In this document: piece after piece, positions 1-9,538 of the stretch
How positions within the stretch are numbered: the first letter of the stretch is position 1
Layout of the letters: each line of letters begins with the position of its first letter
Assembly: GCA_963663405.2 (NCBI GenBank)
Contig: CAXXSM010000029.1
Location: 1 to 58,499 of the forward strand
Length of the DNA stretch: 58,499 bases
Origin: a bacterium
Lineage (GTDB): Bacteria; Hinthialibacterota; Hinthialibacteria; Hinthialibacterales; Hinthialibacteraceae
Direction of reading: 5' to 3'
Notes under the pieces: model-generated
The model's input: the letters and a program-made list of their open reading frames with translations, nothing else
What the model was told of the DNA's origin: nothing
Databases searched by the model: none
Program-made: the position numbers and the translations under genes

Positions 1-306
1 ACTGGCCAACGGCGCGATCGAACTCATGTCGATTAAAACGGCTCCCGGTTTGGCGCCCTCTAAAACACCATTTTCTCCTAAGACGGCGTCTTTCACTTCG
101 GGGGAATTGGGGAGCATGGTGATTACGATCTCGCTGCGCGCGGCGGTGTCTTTATTGGACACTCCCGCTTGGGCGCCAGCGCGGATCAAGTCTTCGATTC
201 TTTCCGGGATAATATCATACACAACCAAGGAGTAATCCGCTTTGAGGAGATTCTTCGCCATGGGATTCCCCATGATTCCCAATCCGATAAATCCAATCGA
301 TTTCAT
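1..306 (-). CDS. garR: 2-hydroxy-3-oxopropionate reductase / beta-hydroxyacid dehydrogenase, runs off the window start
   Basis: Manual translation from the ATG at 306: MKSIGFIGLGIMGNPMAKNLLKA...VITMLPNSPEVKDAVLGENGVLEGAKPGAVLIDMSSIAP. Rossmann GLGxMG motif and DMSSI motif. Not in the ORF track because it is truncated. Confidence 0.85.
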   Translation of the reverse strand, partial: MKSIGFIGLGIMGNPMAKNLLKADYSLVVYDIIPERIEDLIRAGAQAGVSNKDTAARSEIVITMLPNSPEVKDAVLGENGVLEGAKPGAVLIDMSSIAPLAS

Positions 307-442
307 GTCGTTTTTTCCTTTTTTTTCTGTTTTCTTAATTGTATACGGCATGTTGGTATTAGCAAACGTTTCGACATCCGGCGTTTTATTTGTATCAACT
401 CACCATGCTGAGCTACATTAAAAGAAAATAGAATACCAGAGA

Positions 443-916
443 TTAGATGGTTGTCGGATGAGATTGGAGCCAGTGTTTGAAGGGGCGGGAGATTTCGGCG
501 CGAGTGGCGGCCTCGATAAGACGGCGAAGGTATTTCCCACTGGGGAGAAGACCGAGGGATGTGACGTCCGGCCAACCGGCATAGGTCACCGCTTCGATCG
601 TGGAACAACCAGGGCGGATCACGGTGATTTTTTTACGGTAGTATTTCAACGCGCGAACCCCGGATGCGAGATCGAGTTTGTCTAAATCTTCCTCATTGAT
701 CTCGAACGCAATCCCTTCCACCCTACCACGTGGCGAGGGCGCTATATTGGCGATTCCCCGTTTCTCAAAGCGGAATTTTTCATCTTCCAAAACATTAAAT
801 ACAAGCCGATAGCCTTTCAGGACGGCTGTCGATTGGGAATGAACGGGTACGTTCAACCGCGTCAATGCGCGCGAATCCATATGCAGATTGTACGCGAAGT
901 AATAGATCCTTTCCAT
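443..916 (-). CDS. gamma-glutamylcyclotransferase (GGCT/AIG2-like) fold protein with divergent active site
   Basis: N-terminal YYFAY, GYRLVFN, ANIAP, VEGIAFEI, LD...G...YYRKKITV and PSGKYL follow the GGCT layout. Confidence 0.75.
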   Translation of the reverse strand: MERIYYFAYNLHMDSRALTRLNVPVHSQSTAVLKGYRLVFNVLEDEKFRFEKRGIANIAPSPRGRVEGIAFEINEEDLDKLDLASGVRALKYYRKKITVIRPGCSTIEAVTYAGWPDVTSLGLLPSGKYLRRLIEAATRAEISRPFKHWLQSHPTTI

Positions 917-1061
917 GATAATCTCCCGATTCAGACAAAAAGATCCCCCTTCGGAGATAGGAACCTATCTCCGTGAACCTTAAACGGATTTTGATTAACG
1001 AATTGACTCTATGAAATATAGACTTGCTTTTGTTTTATAGGAAAATAGTATCTTCGATCCT

Positions 1062-1091
1062 GGTGGATCGAAAAATCGCGGCCCACCTTAC
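1062..1091 (-). repeat. single GTAG-type REP copy
   Basis: Minus strand gtaaggtgggccgcgatttttcgatccacc matches 23/30 nt of the REP at 57602-57631 (counted by eye). Confidence 0.55.
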
Positions 1092-1150
1092 ATTACTGGA
1101 TATTTACTAACGGCGCCCTTACCTCTGTATCCCAATTATTATTTCTTATA

Positions 1151-3163
1151 TTATCTTTTCTTATTTTTCATCAGGACGACACCGTCGTTCATTCCGCTTC
1201 GGAAGGCGGATTTTCGTTTCTGATTCAGTGTTTTTTTATCAGTTTTCGTTGTTTTAGAATTCGTGGTTCGGGTTGCATTTGTTTTAGCCGAATTCTGGTT
1301 TCCGATCGCTTTCTCAATGGCTTCCTGCTCGTTCGCCGCTTCATTGCTCCAATCGATGTATTCCTCTTGGATATCTGATTCAAGGAATTTCGTTACACCG
1401 GTTTCCTGCATGTCTTTAAAGCGTTGGATGTTATCGATCTGGGCAAAATCATAGGGATCATCAATGTTGACCAGCCGGGGCGTTATGAAAATCAGGAGCT
1501 TTTGTTTTTCATCTTCTGTACTTCTTTTACTGAACAATCCACCTACTACTGGAAGGCTTCCGAGAATGGGAACGCCGGACCGTGATTTGGATTTTTTTCG
1601 ATTGATAATTCCACCGAGAACAACCGTACGGCCGCTTTTTACGGTAACGGCTGTATCGATGAACGAACCATCGACCGCCAATCCTTCACCCAGGTTACTC
1701 AATTCCACGCGGCGGGCGCTTGTGTCTTCGATGTTGATAATCATCTCGATGTATCCCGCTTCGCTGGCGTAGACTTCAACCGAGAGCAGAGTCCCTACAC
1801 GGCGGGCCTGTTGTGTATAGGTGTTATAGTTACTGCCGCCGCCATAATAGCCGCCGTAATAATTCTGGGTCGCGTAGGGTTCCTCGGATCCCAGGTTGAA
1901 TTCACCGTACTCTCCATCCTGAATCAACAAGCGTGGGCTGGCGATAATTTCCGCTTCGCTCCTTTCGACCATCGCGTCAATTTGGAAGCGGTAGTTGCCT
2001 TGACTGACATCAAGTAAAGAGAATCCCGATCCCGATGTGCTCAAGAAAGGATTGAAGGAGAAAAAATTACTGACAGTATCGGTTGAACCGCTGATATCTG
2101 GATTAGAGGGACTTCCTCCCGCGCCGATATCTTTACCAAAATCCGCCGACGTTCCTAAGGTTAGAGTTTTATCCATATTGAGACGAACGATATCCGCTTC
2201 AACCCAGACCTGCCGGGTGGGGATATCCAACATCTTGACTACTTTTCTCACCTGTTCGATGACGGAGGGGATATCCTGGATGAGGATGCGTGACGTGCGT
2301 GGATCGATATCCACAAATCCCATTTCTGTTAGAAAACCTTCAATAAAGGGAAGCACGTCTTCGGGCAAGGCGAAGGCGAGAGGGATAGCAACAAATTCGA
2401 TTTCGACATCGAGTTGCTCGATGATAGCGGCGGCCTGGGCCAAACGGTCAGGAGTGTCTGTAATTAGGATCAGGTTATTGCGAGCATCAATGACCAATTC
2501 CCCTTCAACAGTGTTGATGATCCCCAAGAGCTGATCCGCGATTTCCTGGGCGCTCGCGTATTTGATTTGAAAGAGCCGTGTCTCGGTGCGGACATCCAAT
2601 TGTTGGAGAAGTTGATCCATGTTTTGGATGACTTCAGGCACATCAGTGACGATGATTTGGCGGGAATCGGGATCGGCGACGACGTTGCCTTCCGGACTTT
2701 TCAACTGCTCGAGCGCTTCCATCACTTGAGCAATGTCAATGAAATTCGGCGTAAAAACATGCTGCATCAATTCCAATTCAGGCTGCTGCAATTGAGCGAT
2801 CACTTCCTGCTTATCAATCCGGATCACGCCGTTTTCCAATTCGACATACCCCAATCCGTTTGCGGGCAGGACGGAATCGAGCACCTCACGAACAGTGGGA
2901 TTCTGCAAGCTGAAGGTCACTTTTTGGTTAATGCCCTGCCCTAAAATAATCTGGAGGTTGCTGGCTTGCTGCAGAGTGGCGATGATCGTGGAAAGATCCA
3001 CGCCCCGCGCCTCGACAGGTCCGTTGATCCGCGCGTCCAATCCTTTCGCTGCGCTACTCCCCGCAGGCTTAGGGAGCCCCTGCCCCATTCCAGAATTAGG
3101 TCCGAGTCCGGTCAGAATCCAGCAAAACAAAATAGCGATCGTAAACAACTTTGAAAGACGCAA
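1151..3163 (-). CDS. gspD: secretin (GspD/PilQ family)
   Basis: Signal peptide, STN/N0-like domain, repeated N domains (DSRQIIVTD, RNNLILITD), C-terminal GRTVVLGGII...GVPILGSLPVVGGLF...LLIFITPRLV. Confidence 0.93.
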   Translation of the reverse strand: MRLSKLFTIAILFCWILTGLGPNSGMGQGLPKPAGSSAAKGLDARINGPVEARGVDLSTIIATLQQASNLQIILGQGINQKVTFSLQNPTVREVLDSVLPANGLGYVELENGVIRIDKQEVIAQLQQPELELMQHVFTPNFIDIAQVMEALEQLKSPEGNVVADPDSRQIIVTDVPEVIQNMDQLLQQLDVRTETRLFQIKYASAQEIADQLLGIINTVEGELVIDARNNLILITDTPDRLAQAAAIIEQLDVEIEFVAIPLAFALPEDVLPFIEGFLTEMGFVDIDPRTSRILIQDIPSVIEQVRKVVKMLDIPTRQVWVEADIVRLNMDKTLTLGTSADFGKDIGAGGSPSNPDISGSTDTVSNFFSFNPFLSTSGSGFSLLDVSQGNYRFQIDAMVERSEAEIIASPRLLIQDGEYGEFNLGSEEPYATQNYYGGYYGGGSNYNTYTQQARRVGTLLSVEVYASEAGYIEMIINIEDTSARRVELSNLGEGLAVDGSFIDTAVTVKSGRTVVLGGIINRKKSKSRSGVPILGSLPVVGGLFSKRSTEDEKQKLLIFITPRLVNIDDPYDFAQIDNIQRFKDMQETGVTKFLESDIQEEYIDWSNEAANEQEAIEKAIGNQNSAKTNATRTTNSKTTKTDKKTLNQKRKSAFRSGMNDGVVLMKNKKR

Positions 3164-3251
3164 CGGAATACTCCTTTGTGAATGTTTTCTTTTTTAATGT
3201 TTGTTCAATGGCAGTCTGATCATACTTACAACGGTCCAGCGGCGCCAAGCG

Positions 3252-3785
3252 TTATTTTTTTCCTGATTGAACCATCTCATCAATAATACGTACAGTTCCA
3301 GATTCGATATGCTGCACTTTTACTTTGGGCGCCATCATATCAGGAATCACTTCCAAGATTTTAAAATTACCGAAGACCTTTTCCTGGACAACATCACCAA
3401 CCTTCACATGGTGTTCTTTATTTTGATAATCTCTTAACACCGCTATCTGTCCCATCGTATAGACAATTTTATAATTTTTGGCCGGTATGATCGGGATTGG
3501 AGTTGGCGGCGGCGGGGGAGTGGGAGTCGGATATGGAACAGGCGTCGCCAGCGCTTCAAAAGATTTTCCCGTCTCGAAGATATACATTGATTTTTTACGA
3601 TCCAATTCCCGTTGGCTGTTTAACTCATTGATTTGATCATCATCTGAAGTGACATTGTTCCGAATGCCCGCGAGAGGATCCTGCCGCTCTTTTAAGTAAT
3701 ATCGCACTTGATAAGCGAGAACTACAGTCGAACCGAGAAGTAAGATTGAAAGTAACAGGTATGTAAATATCAGTTTTTTGTTCAT
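3252..3785 (-). CDS. bitopic protein, probable GspC/PilP-like T2SS assembly component
   Basis: N-terminal TM, PTPTPPPPPTP linker, small beta domain (HHVKVGDVV...FKILEV); immediately upstream of the secretin. Confidence 0.55.
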   Translation of the reverse strand: MNKKLIFTYLLLSILLLGSTVVLAYQVRYYLKERQDPLAGIRNNVTSDDDQINELNSQRELDRKKSMYIFETGKSFEALATPVPYPTPTPPPPPTPIPIIPAKNYKIVYTMGQIAVLRDYQNKEHHVKVGDVVQEKVFGNFKILEVIPDMMAPKVKVQHIESGTVRIIDEMVQSGKK

Positions 3786-3863
3786 GATGTTTGTATCCTT
3801 TGCCTATTTGTTAAACATCAATCCTTTTACGCTGGATTGTGTGGATGGAACAATGGATAGTGA

Positions 3864-4196
3864 TTATTGTTCGCGCTCATGAAACGTCTCTTTAATCATA
3901 CGAATGGCTCCGGATTCGGTGGATGGCGCGATTGTAACGGGCCCGCTTGAAATTCGCAATGGAACGGGAGGCGCAGGCGCCTCGTTCAATCGTTCTCGAT
4001 CAAAGAGAGAGACCATTTCACCACAAATTCGATTTTGTTCATCCCGGCCGATCTCGATGAAAATTGCATTCGATGGCACTTTGATGGTATTGTTTAAAAA
4101 CACGATCTCCCTTCCCTTCAACGTATGAAAGGTCAACATGACCGACGCGCTAAGCAGCAATAGAAAAAGAAAGATAAATAGAAGTTTCTTGTTCAT
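3864..4196 (-). CDS. small membrane-anchored protein, shorter paralog of 3252..3785
   Basis: MNKKLLFIF vs MNKKLIFTY; C-terminal ESGAIRMIKE vs ESGTVRIIDE; starts 2 nt after the gspM stop. Confidence 0.55.
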   Translation of the reverse strand: MNKKLLFIFLFLLLLSASVMLTFHTLKGREIVFLNNTIKVPSNAIFIEIGRDEQNRICGEMVSLFDRERLNEAPAPPVPLRISSGPVTIAPSTESGAIRMIKETFHEREQ

Positions 4197-4198
4197 AA

Positions 4199-4858
4199 TT
4201 ATTTTCTCTTCTTATTTCGCAGTTTCAGTTCCTCCGTGCTGTATTCCACCAACCGGGCGATTTGGAGATCGACGGAGAGAATACCGGATTGTGGAACGGG
4301 GCCCCGGCGGCCGCTGGACCACGCGGCAGGCAGCTGACCCGTTTCACCTACGAGATTGGAAATCTGACAGTCTTCCACTTGCATGGCTTCCGACTGCGCT
4401 TCGATGCGGTAGAGCAGGTCCCCCAGTTGTGTTGGTGTACACTGAATATCGCTAATGGAGATCGAGACGATTTTAAAATCATCTTCTTCTTTCGGATCTT
4501 TCGGATCGATGTTTCGATAACGCGTTTGGTCCAGACCGACTTGCGTAAGAATTTGGGTCATGTCCTGCCGGATTTTAAATTGTTGTTCCGAGTAGTCACC
4601 GGGCAGTTGCAGTTCGTTTGCAAGCACATCGTAGCGGGATGTGATTTCAGCGGATTGTTCCAACAAGTTTTGCATTTGTTGAATGGCCATAATTCTGTCT
4701 TGGGTATCTTCCTCAAGGTTTTGCCATTGCACAATGACTTGTTTATAGATAAACCATCCGCCCAAGGCCGTTCCGGCGATGATGACTATGAAAAATAAAA
4801 ATCGTTCGCGGCTTGTCTGCGCCATAATTCTATTCCTGTCTCTTTCAATTCGATTCAC
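4199..4858 (-). CDS. T2SS GspM / PilO-like protein
   Basis: SRERFL before a single TM, coiled coil, LGDLLYRIE...LSVDLQI ferredoxin-like end; operon position. Confidence 0.7.
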   Translation of the reverse strand: MNRIERDRNRIMAQTSRERFLFFIVIIAGTALGGWFIYKQVIVQWQNLEEDTQDRIMAIQQMQNLLEQSAEITSRYDVLANELQLPGDYSEQQFKIRQDMTQILTQVGLDQTRYRNIDPKDPKEEDDFKIVSISISDIQCTPTQLGDLLYRIEAQSEAMQVEDCQISNLVGETGQLPAAWSSGRRGPVPQSGILSVDLQIARLVEYSTEELKLRNKKRK

Positions 4859-4891
4859 GTATCAAGCCGGTAAATCGATGATCCGTTTTCA

Positions 4892-6622
4892 CTACCGGCT
4901 TTGTTGATCTTCGTAATCCCAGCGTAAAGTGCATGTGACAGTCAGTTGTATGATATTCATGTTATGCGCCCGTAAGTTCAGCGGTTTGTTATCGGTTTTG
5001 GAATCAACACGTTCAAAGTATTTATCTTTCCCCTTCGCCGGACGCAGTTGATTGAGTTGACCGACAAACTGCTGCACATCCGCTTCGGTCAAGACCTGCA
5101 TGACAATCTCAACCGACCGGCCTTTGGTGTAATTGATGGTACTGATATACGATCGAGGCGGCGCCTTTTCCAAAATCTGTTGTACAATAGGCAGGCAGGA
5201 TTGTTCTTTGTCGAGATATTTTTCGACAGTGGCGATTCGCTTCCGCATTCGATCCAATTTACTGGACTTATTTTGAATCTGAGCGTAGAAAGCATAGACT
5301 TCCGAATTGGCTTGGTAGAGTTCGTGAAATTTCAGATAAGCCGCTCCACATAGGAGGACGATAATCATGAAAACCAAGATCGCTACATTTTTACGGAACG
5401 CGGATGACTCCCGCTGTCCCCGTTCTTGTATAAATTGGTCGGGAATCAGGTTGAGAGTTTTGTTCAGAGGTTGAAGCCCGCGGATCGCCACACCGACGGC
5501 GGTGGCGAGTTCCGTTCCATGATACGCGTCGCTGGAGGGGAGTCCTCCATTCAGGGCCGGTTCGATCGTGGCTTTCGTTTTGACACGCATATTAAAACCA
5601 CGGGGCGGCCCTGCAGGGAAATAGCCCGCGCCGCCGCACAAGATCATCCGGTCGATATGACGCCCCTCCGGTTCACAGGAGAAGGCGCTGACAGAACGCA
5701 GAAGTTCCAAGCTTAATCGGTCCACCCAATCATTGAAATGATCGCGTTCGTTAGGGTGCAGCGCGCCGGCGGCGGTGACGCGCCCCTGCAAATCGCGCCA
5801 GCTCCGGGCGCCGGCGAATCCTTCCAAAAGCCGGCTTTCAAAAACCGGCAGACTGCGGCTGAAGATCATGGTATTGTTATGGACGATAGACATCTTGACG
5901 GAAGAACGGCCGAAATTGATCACCGCGACCGTCTCCTCCGGTGTCAGTCCCCGCCCGTAAACCGCGCAATCGCCCAGCACATCCAGATCGATGGCGTCAA
6001 TTTCAAGGCCCAACTCTTTGCACGTCTCCACATAGGGAGCAATCTCTTTTTGCGGCGCGCAGACCATGATCAGCCGGGATTCATGCTCGCCGATTTTCTC
6101 GATGATCTGGAATGAAACTTGGAGTTCATCCATTGGAAACGGCACATGCCGCTCGACGTCATACAACAACATTTCCCGGATTTCTATCGGGTTGGATGAC
6201 GGCAGGACCAAGTACCGGATTGTGACGAGATCGCGCGGGAAGCTGAGCACGACCCGGCCATTCAATTTTCCATGCTGTTTCAACGCTTCTTTGAGAGCGT
6301 CTTTTTGACGGACACGCCGTTCTTCAGCGTACTCCGCTTTTGTGGGTTGCGCCAAAGGGACGACAGTGACTTTTTTGACGTCAATATCCCCTTCATCATC
6401 CCCCGCGAGTGTGACGATCTTGACGGAAAAGCGGCCGATATCGATACCGGACGCGTAACGAATCCCCCGGCCAAGTTTCTTTTTACCGGAAGAACGAGCC
6501 GTCCGGCCTTTTTGCGGCCGGGCGGGCTGCGCGCCCCTCGTGGATCGCACACTTCGCGCGGATCGAGTGGACCGCGACGGCCGCGCGGATCGGGATGGTC
6601 TGGGTCTTGCGGCTCTAGCCAT
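4892..6622 (-). CDS. PilM-PilN fusion (GspL equivalent) with basic N-terminal repeat
   Basis: Actin-like GIDIGRFSVKIV and ILCGGAG, RHVPFP, PilN-type NLIP motif, then TM and periplasmic domain. Confidence 0.85.
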   Translation of the reverse strand: MARAARPRPSRSARPSRSTRSARSVRSTRGAQPARPQKGRTARSSGKKKLGRGIRYASGIDIGRFSVKIVTLAGDDEGDIDVKKVTVVPLAQPTKAEYAEERRVRQKDALKEALKQHGKLNGRVVLSFPRDLVTIRYLVLPSSNPIEIREMLLYDVERHVPFPMDELQVSFQIIEKIGEHESRLIMVCAPQKEIAPYVETCKELGLEIDAIDLDVLGDCAVYGRGLTPEETVAVINFGRSSVKMSIVHNNTMIFSRSLPVFESRLLEGFAGARSWRDLQGRVTAAGALHPNERDHFNDWVDRLSLELLRSVSAFSCEPEGRHIDRMILCGGAGYFPAGPPRGFNMRVKTKATIEPALNGGLPSSDAYHGTELATAVGVAIRGLQPLNKTLNLIPDQFIQERGQRESSAFRKNVAILVFMIIVLLCGAAYLKFHELYQANSEVYAFYAQIQNKSSKLDRMRKRIATVEKYLDKEQSCLPIVQQILEKAPPRSYISTINYTKGRSVEIVMQVLTEADVQQFVGQLNQLRPAKGKDKYFERVDSKTDNKPLNLRAHNMNIIQLTVTCTLRWDYEDQQSR

Positions 6623-6687
6623 TCTTATCTATCCAATCAACAATCAAATCACTTTTTACCAGGGCAAAACGCCCATTGCTTTATCCC

Positions 6688-7956
6688 TCAAATCATTCGT
6701 TCGATCCGCTTTTTCGCGTCGAACAATGGTTCAAAAAGCCGGATCTGCCACCTCGATTGATCCAAATCTTCCAATCGTCGTGTTTCGATTCCAAATTGGG
6801 GCAATCCATCCCACGGAATGAAAATCCGCCTGACAACGACTCGGAATCCTTTTTCAATTCCTTCATAATCCGCCAGACAGGTGACGACAAAATCTTCCGA
6901 ATCGATCTTAGCGAACTTCGGGTATATAGTTTGCATGACTTCTGGAGTAAAATTATCCACATCCGTGAAATGGATATCATCGTCATCGAAATTATCGATG
7001 GTTCTGAGAGTTTGATCGTCATTCGTGTATGTTTCACGATCACGTCCGTCACGAAAATCCACCCAATCACGCGCGAGATCTTCCGCTTCGCTACCCAGCA
7101 TGGGATAGAGGATGGATTCCATGACTTCCGCCTTCACCGTATTGAGATTAATTTGGTAGGAATAGACCGTGATTAAGTTTTTTAATCCGAGATATTCCCC
7201 CTTGCGATACCTTCGCCTAGAACGGCGGCGCCGGTCTTGCTCTTCTGGATCGAGCGTGCCGTAAACAATATCCGCCGTCATACCGGGTATGAGAAGAAGT
7301 TCATCAATCGATTCCAGTTCGCTGTTTTTTATTGGAAAATAAGGCAATCCCTGTTTCTTGGCGGCGCGGCCGCTGTTATAAAAAGACATTTCGGTGGATG
7401 GATCCCCACCAAACATGCGTGATCCCAAATCGGTCGGTTGATCATCTTTGTCCCGCCAATCGATGATCGCGGCGGTGAGTCCTTTGGCGTCGTCTTCATC
7501 AACACCGCTTAATTCGAGAAGATGCGAGATCATTTCCGGTGTCGTTGACATATTATTAATCGGGAATTTAGCCGATTCATCTTCCACTTCAACATAGTAA
7601 TAGCCGACCTTATCGTTTCTTTCATAGAAGGGGACATCGATATATCGTTCTGGATTATCCGCCCATTCCTCATTTCCACCATCGTATTGCCAAACATCGT
7701 CATCCCCAAAAGAGACGATTGTGCGATCCCACACTTCTCCTGAATCTTTGATCCGGTCTTCACGGAGCAGGATCAACGCCTGGCGGAGACCCGCTTGCGC
7801 GATCTGATCAACGATGGCTGTGTCCCGCTGGAAACCGACCATCTTGATCTCCATCCGCACTTGGCTGATATAAGCGAGAGAAACCGTGGTCAATACGACA
7901 ATCACCCACAGCGTAACGACGAGAACAACACCAGATTCATTCGGTTTTCCAGACAT
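6688..7956 (-). CDS. gspK: T2SS minor pseudopilin GspK
   Basis: SG|VVLVVTLWVI, DESAKFPIN, AAIIDWRDKDD, SIDELLLIPGM, INLNT. Confidence 0.92.
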   Translation of the reverse strand: MSGKPNESGVVLVVTLWVIVVLTTVSLAYISQVRMEIKMVGFQRDTAIVDQIAQAGLRQALILLREDRIKDSGEVWDRTIVSFGDDDVWQYDGGNEEWADNPERYIDVPFYERNDKVGYYYVEVEDESAKFPINNMSTTPEMISHLLELSGVDEDDAKGLTAAIIDWRDKDDQPTDLGSRMFGGDPSTEMSFYNSGRAAKKQGLPYFPIKNSELESIDELLLIPGMTADIVYGTLDPEEQDRRRRSRRRYRKGEYLGLKNLITVYSYQINLNTVKAEVMESILYPMLGSEAEDLARDWVDFRDGRDRETYTNDDQTLRTIDNFDDDDIHFTDVDNFTPEVMQTIYPKFAKIDSEDFVVTCLADYEGIEKGFRVVVRRIFIPWDGLPQFGIETRRLEDLDQSRWQIRLFEPLFDAKKRIERMI

Positions 7957-8966
7957 CAGCTTCTCCCCCCTAAATTTTGTTGTGGAAAACTGGGTGTTCC
8001 CGGAACATTGGTAGCGGTTTCGTTACGTGGCCGGGTCGCCGCCGGCGCCCCCTGCGCGCCTCCCCGTCCGAACAAGCCTTTTGACCGCATATTTCCCGCT
8101 GGGACGTCAGCGGACGTAATTAATTTCTCCCCGTTCTCCAATTCCAAGAAAATTTCCACGATCTTTGGAGGGCCTTTTTCAATGATTTCAACATCCCTTT
8201 GATGGTTGAAGGATGGGCTGTTCGGGGGGATCCGATAGATATATTCCAACTGTTGGGAATCCCAGTTTGACTGCCAGCCTTCACCCGCGTTAAAACGGAA
8301 ATTGATCGATTTCACACCTTCCGCGAGGACATATCGCTTATTAATCATCCCCCGGTTACCGATATATTGGTCGAGTGGAGGCTCACCATTTGGCCCAACC
8401 GGCCGCACCCGGACGCGTTCGCCCTGCATGGGAACGACAAAGCCGTTCAGATTGGCCTTAAATTCCTGTTGAAACATCCACGTCGCCTGCTTAACCTCAA
8501 GCAGCGATCGAACCACTTCAAGAATCAAGAGTTTCTGTTCACCATCCACATAAATCCTGCATTCCTGTAAATCGAACGGAGGGTATTTTTCTAATTGATA
8601 GACTTTCCGCACAAAAAGGACCGACTGTTTCTGCCCCGTAAAAAGTATGGCTCCTGGATCTTCTTCTTCAATGACCGGGCCGTTGAATGTAGCCATTAAT
8701 TCATTCAGCGCCATATCCCGAATGCGGTCTTGCGGCCGCCAGAAAGAGAGGGGAGAGAGAGCGTAACGCAATTCTTCCGTAATTCGGCGCAGGCCAATTC
8801 GGGCGGATTGATAAAGTTCCATTGTATATTGGCCGTTGGTGAACGCGTCCATGCTGGTTCTCATTACACTGTAAACGCTGCCGACAACGAGAGCCATAAT
8901 CGTCATCGCCAAGATCAATTCAACCAGCGTGAATCCAGATTGTTTGGCGTGGTTTGGATTTTTCAT
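7956..8966 (-). CDS. gspJ: T2SS minor pseudopilin GspJ-like
   Basis: Prepilin motif SG|FTLVEL; LAEGVKSINFRF...WQSNWDS...PKIVEIFLEL; position between I and K. Confidence 0.8.
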   Translation of the reverse strand: MKNPNHAKQSGFTLVELILAMTIMALVVGSVYSVMRTSMDAFTNGQYTMELYQSARIGLRRITEELRYALSPLSFWRPQDRIRDMALNELMATFNGPVIEEEDPGAILFTGQKQSVLFVRKVYQLEKYPPFDLQECRIYVDGEQKLLILEVVRSLLEVKQATWMFQQEFKANLNGFVVPMQGERVRVRPVGPNGEPPLDQYIGNRGMINKRYVLAEGVKSINFRFNAGEGWQSNWDSQQLEYIYRIPPNSPSFNHQRDVEIIEKGPPKIVEIFLELENGEKLITSADVPAGNMRSKGLFGRGGAQGAPAATRPRNETATNVPGTPSFPQQNLGGRS

Positions 8967-9538
8967 CGCCGGCCTCCTCTTCCCCCGCGTCCGCGATCGC
9001 CTCCCCGCGAACTCCGGTCACCTCCACGCTTTCCAGGATCCCCTCCACCCCGGACCAGCTGTTCGTTATAGCGGGCCATTGGCACCATCGTTTTCAACAT
9101 AAAACTATTTGACGTCCCATAACGCGAACGCCGGACTCGCGACCGGGAGAACCTGCCTTCATCCCACGTTGTCCAGACTGAGATAATATACGCCTCATGA
9201 AAGCGGCGGTCTTTTTCTATGAGAGCGTGCCATTGAAACTTTTCCGCGCCTTCTTGCTCGAAATATCCTTGCGTTTCTCCATCCAATATGCCCTCTCTGT
9301 TCCAACACTCTATTTCTAATTCGTGCAGTTTGCTCTGCGTTAAAAAGACAGCTTTGGCCGTATCACGAACCAAGCGCGACGCTTCCATCGTATTGAGCAG
9401 AGTCCGCATAAGCGCCATTCCCGCGATCGCGAGGATCGTCATGGAGACGAGGACCTCTAAAAGGATAAAAGCCCTGCTGTCATGGAACGGCGCTAGACGG
9501 CGCGCGTTTATGGTCTGTTTACAGCCGTTCGTCTTCAT
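8963..9538 (-). CDS. gspI: T2SS minor pseudopilin GspI-like with RGG tail
   Basis: RA|FILLEVLVSMTIL, G...G.F, FQWH. Start re-called to the ATG at 9538, which overlaps the gspH end by 20 nt. Confidence 0.78.
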   Translation of the reverse strand: MKTNGCKQTINARRLAPFHDSRAFILLEVLVSMTILAIAGMALMRTLLNTMEASRLVRDTAKAVFLTQSKLHELEIECWNREGILDGETQGYFEQEGAEKFQWHALIEKDRRFHEAYIISVWTTWDEGRFSRSRVRRSRYGTSNSFMLKTMVPMARYNEQLVRGGGDPGKRGGDRSSRGGDRGRGGRGGRR

